Assembly (NCBI GenBank): GCA_046563655.1
Contig: CM102288.1
Location: 2,170,001 to 2,234,000 of the forward strand
DNA from: Yuukianura sp. NJ FZ-2021
Taxonomy: Eukaryota
Direction: 5' to 3'
DNA length: 64,000 bases
The notes below the pieces were generated by a model. It saw only the letters and a program-made list of their open reading frames with translations. It did not search any database and had not been told where the DNA came from. The translations under genes were made by a program, and so were the position numbers. The first letter of the stretch is position 1, and every line of letters begins with the position of its first letter. Below are positions 57,026-64,000 of the stretch, piece after piece.

Positions 57026-57389
57026 AATTTCCGGATTGTGTGCTCTAGCTTCCTTTCGCTACTTACGTACGGCGTTTACTACGGTTTATTATTTCAAACG
57101 ATTTGCGTAGTTCCGGTTTCGGTGGAATTATTTTTTCCAAAAGAAATACGTGTTTGTAAGGAAACAGACGCTACATTTGAATTCCGCGCCAAAGTTGTTG
57201 TTTCTATGGAAACAAAGATAATAAGGAAAAAAAAGAGAAAAAACGAAAACAATTCCATCATCTTGTCTTCTCATCATCATCATCAATCACAATCAGTAGT
57301 CGTCCTCTCCTCGTCAGTCGTTTTCGTTTCGTCTTCGGATTGGGTCATTTATTTTTCGGGTTTCGGACTGGGAGGTCAGTAGAGTTGTG

Positions 57390-57502
57390 GTCGTAGTAGT
57401 TAGTTTGGTCACGGTGCAGTTTAATTGATTAACGAAGGTTGGAAAGTAGTTATCGTAGTAGTTGGTTTGGTCACGGTGCAGTTAATTGATTAAACGAAGG
57501 TT
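57390..57502 (+). repeat. ~52-bp direct duplication in the 5' region of the Tudor gene
   Basis: TCGTAGTAGTT(A/G)GTTTGGTCACGGTGCAGTT(T)AATTGATTA(A)ACGAAGGTT occurs at ~57391 and ~57453. Confidence 0.85.
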
Positions 57503-57680
57503 TCGTTACGAAACGTTACTTCTGGTAAGCAAAGCACTATTTACAATTTGGTAGTTTTTACAAGGTCTGTATATACTAATGCTAGTAGTTACAATTTACG
57601 TTGAACTAATGTGCGTAAACTTTCAGGTTGGGAACACGACGACTACTTTCTTGTTGCGAATTCATTCCCTTGATAGTACA

Positions 57681-59557
57681 ATGAACCCCGCTAATTGTAA
57701 CAAGGCAGTGAAAGTGTGTCACGACATCTTCGATGTTAAACTGGTTATTGGGCAAACGTATCCATGTCGGTTCGGAAGGCCGTTGCCTCCCAGTGCCATC
57801 AAGGACAAGGAACCTCGCAAAGGACTATGCTCGATCATTTTGTGCAACGAAGCTATGCCGCCATGGATGGTCAGCCAAATTATTTGTTCAAACAAAATTG
57901 AACTGCTTGAGGAATGGTCTAAAATAGAGTTTGTTTCTGTTGAATAGGAGTTGGCATTTCAATACTGGACCGCTTTCTACTTAAGAGAGAATATTAGTCA
58001 TCTGAAGTTGAAGCCTGAGGAAATAGAAGAGTCACGAATGGTTGTCGCTGTGGATACGACACATTCCCGGGTACGCCGTGGACTCGTGCGTCGAGACAAG
58101 TGTGACCGTGGTAGTGTCATGGTTTACTTCTTCGACGAAGGAATGCTGGAGGCGATTTCTAAGGAGAATCTGTATCAAACAACTGAGCTTGTTGCAACGA
58201 CGTCACCGATGGTAAGTACTTACGAGTGTTATGCCTGTTCGGCATCGTCGCTCACGCTCTACCGACGGTACTACATAACGCAATTCAACTCGTTTCAATA
58301 TCGTGAACTTATTTTATTTGCAGGGATTCCAATGCTACTTGGCTGATTTAAGCATATTTAATGGGACTACGGTCCTGAAAGACACAATGAAGTTATACAA
58401 CAACATGTTTCATCCAGGACTACGACGAGATTCCAATGTCATGGTCAAAGTTGAAGGGTTCAAACGGGACAGCTACAAGACACCAATTGTATCAATCTGG
58501 TTGCAGGACTGTGATCAGCCATGTACGAAGGCGAATCCATTCAATCGACTTGTAGCCTCGCATTGCCTGGAATCCTGGACAGAAGATATAAAAAGAGAAA
58601 AGGTAAGACTGCGTTTAACTTCAATTCTTGTAAGCTTTGGCATGTGTGATTATTTATTTATTTTTTTGGTTTTCTGGATTGTCTAGCCAGTGAATTCTGC
58701 CTACCAAGGATATGTGGCGCATTGCAATGAACTGGGACGCTTATTCGTTCATATTGCCTTTGGAGATGAATCGCCAGTGGTTCAGATGGATCAATATTTA
58801 CTCAGCTTCGATATTCAATATCTCGAGGATACTTGCAAGAGATACACTAAAGAGGAGCTCTTGGAACAGCCACAAGCTACCAAGCCAATTATGTTTGTGG
58901 CCTACTCGTACAAAGATGGAGGAGTCTACCGTTGCAAAATTCAAGAAGTTCTGGAACCCGGAGTACGTTTCGGCTTCTACTTAACTACAGCTGGTCGATC
59001 GCCTGATTTCGAACACATTTAACTAACATTTGTTTATTTGTAGGCAATCGTCTATTTCCTGGATTATGGGAACACTGGCTTCGTTCTGTACGACCATCTA
59101 TTTGCTGCGAAGGAAGTGGATCCCTTCTTGGAAAGAATCCCACCACTGGTATGTAGTCTATAATTCTAAAAATTTTTAATGTACATTTTTTTTAAATGAT
59201 TAACAATTTTTTTGTCAACTGGTTACAGGCCTGGGAAGTGCATCTTTGCTCTGTGGACAAATTGAAGGAGAGCAGTGGAAATATTACGATCATGGATTAC
59301 TTCGAAAAACTGGAAAATGATCAGTACAAATTGAACTTTACCGTAAGTGTTTTTTTTAATAATTGAAAAATTAATGAGGTCTGACTGTAGTATTTGTATT
59401 TTAGGTACGTGATGGGTACTCCGGAAACATTCCATTGGTTTCCATTGCAGCACGTAGAAATGGAGGGGTGCCGATAGACGTCGTGAAGGAATTGATTGAT
59501 CGTGGGGTGGCGATTCGGCGACGTAAAAGAATTCCCAGCGGTCCACGTCTGTGGTAA
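57681..59557 (+). CDS. Divergent tandem extended-Tudor-domain protein (TDRD7/Tapas/Tejas-like C-terminal architecture, no LOTUS)
   Basis: Seven exons splice in frame to TAA 59555-59557. Tudor 1: RVRRGLV..VMVYFFDEG..L..TSPMGFQCYL. Tudor 2: GGVYRCKI..AIVYFLDYGN..LF..LERIPPLAWEVHL..DVVKELIDRGVA. Confidence 0.75.
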
Positions 59558-60171
59558 CAAATTCAAAAACTCGAGGTCAAGGCTCTACGAATCAAAAATA
59601 ATACTGAGTACTATGGTAGTATTGTAAGTTTAACGTTTTTCATTCCGAATCCGATACTCGGGAACTTAACTTTACCTTATGCATTTATCCCATATTCTTG
59701 GTAAATATTACTCGGTGTTGAATCGTATACTGATAGATAACTGTAATGTACTAAAAATGTATAAATACTACTAACTAATATTTACTTATGTATGTGTGCC
59801 AACGAGTTCCTTGTAAGTTCCTTGTTATTCAAATATTACAAATTACATTAGTATGATGTTTAAAATTAGCCTAAAGTTATAATTATAGAATTATTTATAT
59901 ATTACATAGTTATATAATTTAACTACAGAAACGGTAATTGTTATTTCGATGCTACTGTTCCAGCATATTAATATTGTTTGTTAGCTGTTGCGGTATGAGT
60001 AAACTTATTACACAAAAGCTATTTGTATAGAAAGAGAGGGAAAAAACCGAAACAAAATTCTGTGATTTGTCAATCTTCATCACCCAACACTAAAACACAA
60101 CACTGCCACTGTCGTATGCATTGATTACTAATTAAAAAGTAGCTCAATTTGATTATTTCTGCTAAATAGAT

Positions 60172-61061
60172 ATGGATGACGAGAGCGAAGATGTGAAACC
60201 AGAGTTAAATCCTGTTGAACGATTCGAAAAGGCATTCCAGGTGAGCAGTTCATCAGAATTTAAGTGAAATGGCGACATTTAACTTAACATTTGTATGTTT
60301 TAACTAATTGAAAATGTTCGTTTTGTAGGCATGCCTTGCAGTCATTACTAAGGAAGATAACCTCACCAATTTGGATCATGATGAAATCCGCGTCGACGCT
60401 GAATTTGCAATCCGGGACCTAATGGCCATGTCCCGGTAAGTTAATTTCTCAAAACTTATTTTTTGTCTTTTGAACAGATTTTGATAACATTTACTATGAT
60501 TTCTCAGGTCAGTTGAAGCCTATTTCCTAAAGAAGCGACTCCATATTGCTCATCTTAAGCCAGAACTTATCCTGAAGGATGACACCAATGAACTAAGACT
60601 TGAACTTCTACGAAAAGACGAACTGCTGAAAAGGAATGCTGAGAAGATTGTTCAATGGCAGAATATGTTAGCGGATGTCCAGGCTACAAGTGTCATGAGT
60701 GGTTAGTTACCAGAGTCAATCCACGAAGCATCTCTTGATAGGTTTTACCAGTTGATTGTTTCCGTTTTTGTGTGCTGTAGTCGGTGGATGCAAAAGTGGA
60801 CCAGCAATGGTGAATCCCGGAAACTTGCCTTCTGGTCCCGGCACGATGAATCCAGGACCTTTAACCCCAGGGGGAAGTACTTCAAGGTCACAGACGCCAG
60901 GAGTTGCCAGTCGCCCTCACACTCCAATGTCAACTGGCCCAATGACACCGCAAGGCAGAAACTACCAGCAAGGCATATCACAACAACAGCAGCAGCCTCT
61001 GGGACCGCTTGCTTGTCTCGAAAAAACTGCGTCCACCATCGGTATGAATATGAACCCTTGA
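60172..61061 (+). CDS. MED28: Mediator subunit 28
   Basis: VERFEKAFQACLAV..DEIR..EAYFLKKRL..KPELILKDDTNELRLELLRKDELL..WQNML and C-terminal GPLACLEKTASTI match MED28; four exons. Confidence 0.9.
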
Positions 61062-62069
61062 CATTTTCCTCTTTTCATTTAATTCTTCAGAAGACTAAAC
61101 GAAAGAAGAAGATTCATTTTCTTACTTAAATCGATTATAAGATAGGCTGAGAATTTAAACTTTTATAATTTATAACTTCTTATAGTTGTAGTAAATACTC
61201 CAAGGTGAACTTCTGTCATTTGCGTCGCTGCTTATCCTGAGATTTTTAGCAGAGTCATTCCGCGACGTCGTCTTTTATTCACGCATGTACAAAAAATCAA
61301 GGACTTTCCACGAAGCGAAACGTAGTGTAATATCAGCTTGTTGCTGATGTTATGTCATGCTTTTAAGAGTATGATTTTTGTAAAGTCGCAATTCAATTGA
61401 CGAAACTAATTTAACCAATTGAGTCCATTTTAGGAAAGTAAAGGTCAAGGAGAGCGGTGGTTCAAATTCAATGTTTTGAAAGTTTTCAAAGTTTAGAAAT
61501 TTTTTAGACAAAAGCAATTTTCTTTGCTCTTGATTAAATAATTTTGCACTGTTCGGGGATCTGCAAGTGAAAAAAAACTGGAGCAGGAACGGCTATTTAT
61601 TTCCAAGATTTTTTTTTCAGACGGTCGGCTACTGGGTTTTTTTTTTGTGGAGATTTTGCATTCCTGAGGGATGAGATTTTGGCTAAGCAATCTTTTACTG
61701 CTTCTTTACTTCTTTAGTTGGTTCAGATGAAGATGAAATGACAGCAGACGAGAATGCTACACTCGTGTAGGCTTTGCTTATCCTTTTAACTTTAGTCTAT
61801 TATAGTCTTTATGTTCCTATTCGTCCAAGTGATTAAGAATGGAGAAGACTGTGTCAGGGCCAACAAAGATTTTTTGGCAGATCAAACCACACTTCCCCTA
61901 CAGAACAAGCCTAAACACCTAATTTTTTGTTGCAAATTTTGTTTGAAGAGCACAGTCGGAACAGAACGCGCAAAAACTGTTCCGCCCAAAACCTACTTTT
62001 GCAAAAACCGACAGTTTCTGCAAAATAGATGAAAGTTTTTCACGGTACGAGTAGTTTTTATTACAGGAA

Positions 62070-62793
62070 ATGAAAATGACACCGTACGGGAGAATGGTCC
62101 TATGGAGTACACTGGGTAAGATTCAAAATTTTTCCAAATATTCTAAAATTTTGAAAACTCGTTTTTTTTTAAACTTTGTTTTTGGATTTCAGCTCTCCTA
62201 ATGGTAGTAGTAGCTGCTAGAGCAGAATCGATGGACTACAGTGCACCAGAATTTGTTCAAATTGTTAACAAGCCCAAGACGACTTCCGCGGAGTTCCAAG
62301 TTCAGCGTCTGATTGGTCCAGTTTATGAGCCATGCAAGTATGGCCATGCTGTCCAGTACAGGCTTACTGGTGAAAATCACTGGAACCATTCGCCAATCAC
62401 AGAGCAACCTGCTGGAAGTAAGTTTTTACCTTAGCTGCTTAATTTTCCAAAAAAGTGATTTTGAGAATTCCAGAATTTGTGTTCAAAATTTCAAAATTTT
62501 GAATTCCAGGGTTCATGATCAGTGGACTACAACCAGGTCACCAGTATGAAGTTCGCGTTGCCTGCAAAGACAACAAAATACCGCCTGGAACTGGGGCATT
62601 TTCGACTCCAACTTTACTCGAGACGCCATTGGTCAATCCATCTAAAAAACCGACGAATGGCCAACACCAAGCGTCTTCTGTGGATTCTAGTGACGATGAA
62701 GCCAGCGGATCTTCGGGTTCCGTTTTAGCCGTTTCCGTTGTCACCGTCACGACAGCCGTTTTGATGTCAACCGGAATCCTGGCTTCTTTTTGA
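62070..62793 (+). CDS. Small secreted, putatively GPI-anchored single fibronectin type III protein
   Basis: Three in-frame exons: signal peptide (MVLWSTLALLMVVVAARA), FN3 pattern VQYR..W..ISGLQPGHQYEVRVAC..GAFS, Ser-rich stalk and a hydrophobic C-terminal end with no cytoplasmic tail. Confidence 0.75.
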
Positions 62794-63205
62794 TTCAAAA
62801 AATTGCAAGTTGACGCTGGTTAGTCGTTTGTAACGTCACGCAATTCATAACAACGCTTTCCTTTCATTTCAAATTTGTGCTTCCTTGGTCTGTTTTACAA
62901 TAAAAATGTATTGATACGATAGCATTTCACGTGTCGCCGCACGTTTCCGTCGTCAAGCCTCGGTCGACGTACGACACACGTACGACTCATGACGTTTAAG
63001 TTATTTTTATTTACTTTTTTCAAAAAATTGTAACTTTTTAACTCATTTTGTATGAAAACCTAAATCCTGATTCCGGGATTTACGTTGGAGGGTGGTTAGA
63101 CCTAGGTGTGAGTTTGGTTTTGTATGACGGGAATTGCTGGTGACAAACCACAAATAGGCTCATTTCCGGACTTTTCCTGGACTGGACTCTGCTGAACTTC
63201 AATGC

Positions 63206-63212
63206 TATAAAA
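63206..63212 (+). promoter_or_regulatory. TATA box of the last gene
   Basis: TATAAAA about 190 bp upstream of the ATG at 63395. Confidence 0.5.
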
Positions 63213-63394
63213 ACGATGCACCAAAATTCACTGAACACTCATACTCACACTACTAAATTCCAAAACGTTTCCAAAAAATACAACTGGAAACAATTTCAAA
63301 AAGTTCAAAAACTTCCAGAATTTTGATTTTCCAAATTCCAAAAACCTAAAACATACCAGCCGCATAAGCTCCAATCAGTTTAGACCAGTTGAAA

Positions 63395-64000
63395 ATGTTC
63401 CGATTAGCTCAAGGTCACGCCAGGTCAAATCTACGTGGAGTCGTCCAGTATCTAGTTCTGTTGTGCTTAGCAGTAATTCCAGCATGGGGACGCGTCGCTA
63501 GTAAGAAATTTTTTAAAATTTTCAAAATTTTGAGCCTATTTTTTGAGCTGGACCTGATTTTAAATGTGTTGACGTTCAGATCTCCAAGGTCTTCCGGTTC
63601 CAGCAGAATGCAGAACAGTAACCCCATCAGAACGTTCAGACAGGGCAATTCCGTCAACTTGTTCTTGGACAACGCTAGTCGACGTAGGTCTAGTGGACAG
63701 TGCCCAGGGTTGTCCAAAAAAAATATTATACAGGTCATGCACGACTGACTCTGGTGCCACTCTGTACGAATGCTGCGACACTTCTAGTCCAGTACTTGTC
63801 GCAAGGGCGTTTGCGCCAAAACACAACGCAAAAGGGCGTGACGGAACCGGATTTGTCCCAGATAAACCACAATCGACTACAACTCAGCGTCCAGTACTTC
63901 CGCCATTTCTGGAAGGCAAAGCTCGATTTATGGAACATTTAGAACGTGGAATTTATATGGTCAAAAATATGCTCGAGCATGTGGAGCAATATTTGCGACA
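63395..64000 (+). CDS. Secreted protein with a 6-Cys (clip-like) N-terminal module, possibly the start of a peroxinectin/chorion-peroxidase-like protein; truncated by the window end
   Basis: Exon 1 encodes a signal peptide (VVQYLVLLCLAVIPAWG). After an intron (GTAAGA..TTCAG), an open frame runs to the window end: ECR..TCS..GCP..SCT..YECC, then an amphipathic helix HLERGIYMVKNMLEHVEQYL. The peroxidase call is inference only. Confidence 0.6.

Noticed and set aside
56419..57382. ORFs overlapping the repeat and microsatellite
   Set aside because: Artefacts of the tandem and (GTCY)n repeats; no Rep/Helicase motifs.

Overview
Eukaryotic, intron-rich, AT-rich genomic DNA from an arthropod. The sals and Srrm234 orthologs, ZAD-like C2H2 protein and many short introns suggest a hexapod, possibly a springtail (inference). 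No prokaryotic features, rRNA, tRNA or CRISPR were seen. In order, I reconstructed these spliced genes by eye: ~13 kb of mostly non-coding DNA leading into a hamlet/MECOM/PRDM16-family zinc-finger gene; a small single-pass membrane protein; Srrm234 (Cwc21 plus a C-terminal eMIC domain); a CMPK2-like kinase; mind bomb 2; a stand-alone PHR-domain gene; a non-catalytic serine-protease homolog; LSM7; RCHY1/Pirh2; a 70-aa orphan secreted peptide; SNRK; a ZAD-like C2H2 factor; SPT4; sals; a Helentron/DINE-1-like element (HINE) with 289-bp internal repeats and a second head; a divergent tandem-Tudor gene directly behind it; MED28; a single-FN3 putative GPI protein; and a secreted Cys-rich gene cut off by the window end. 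The most striking unexplained signals are: (1) pervasive perfect AGGTCA direct repeats, even inside coding exons, which are also the core motif of the HINE repeat; (2) the HINE-Tudor juxtaposition; (3) a possible SRRM4-like internal first exon in Srrm234; (4) several microexons, including a frame-restoring 7-nt exon. Exon boundaries come from GT-AG signals and reading-frame continuity only, and gene identities come from remembered family motifs, not database searches.
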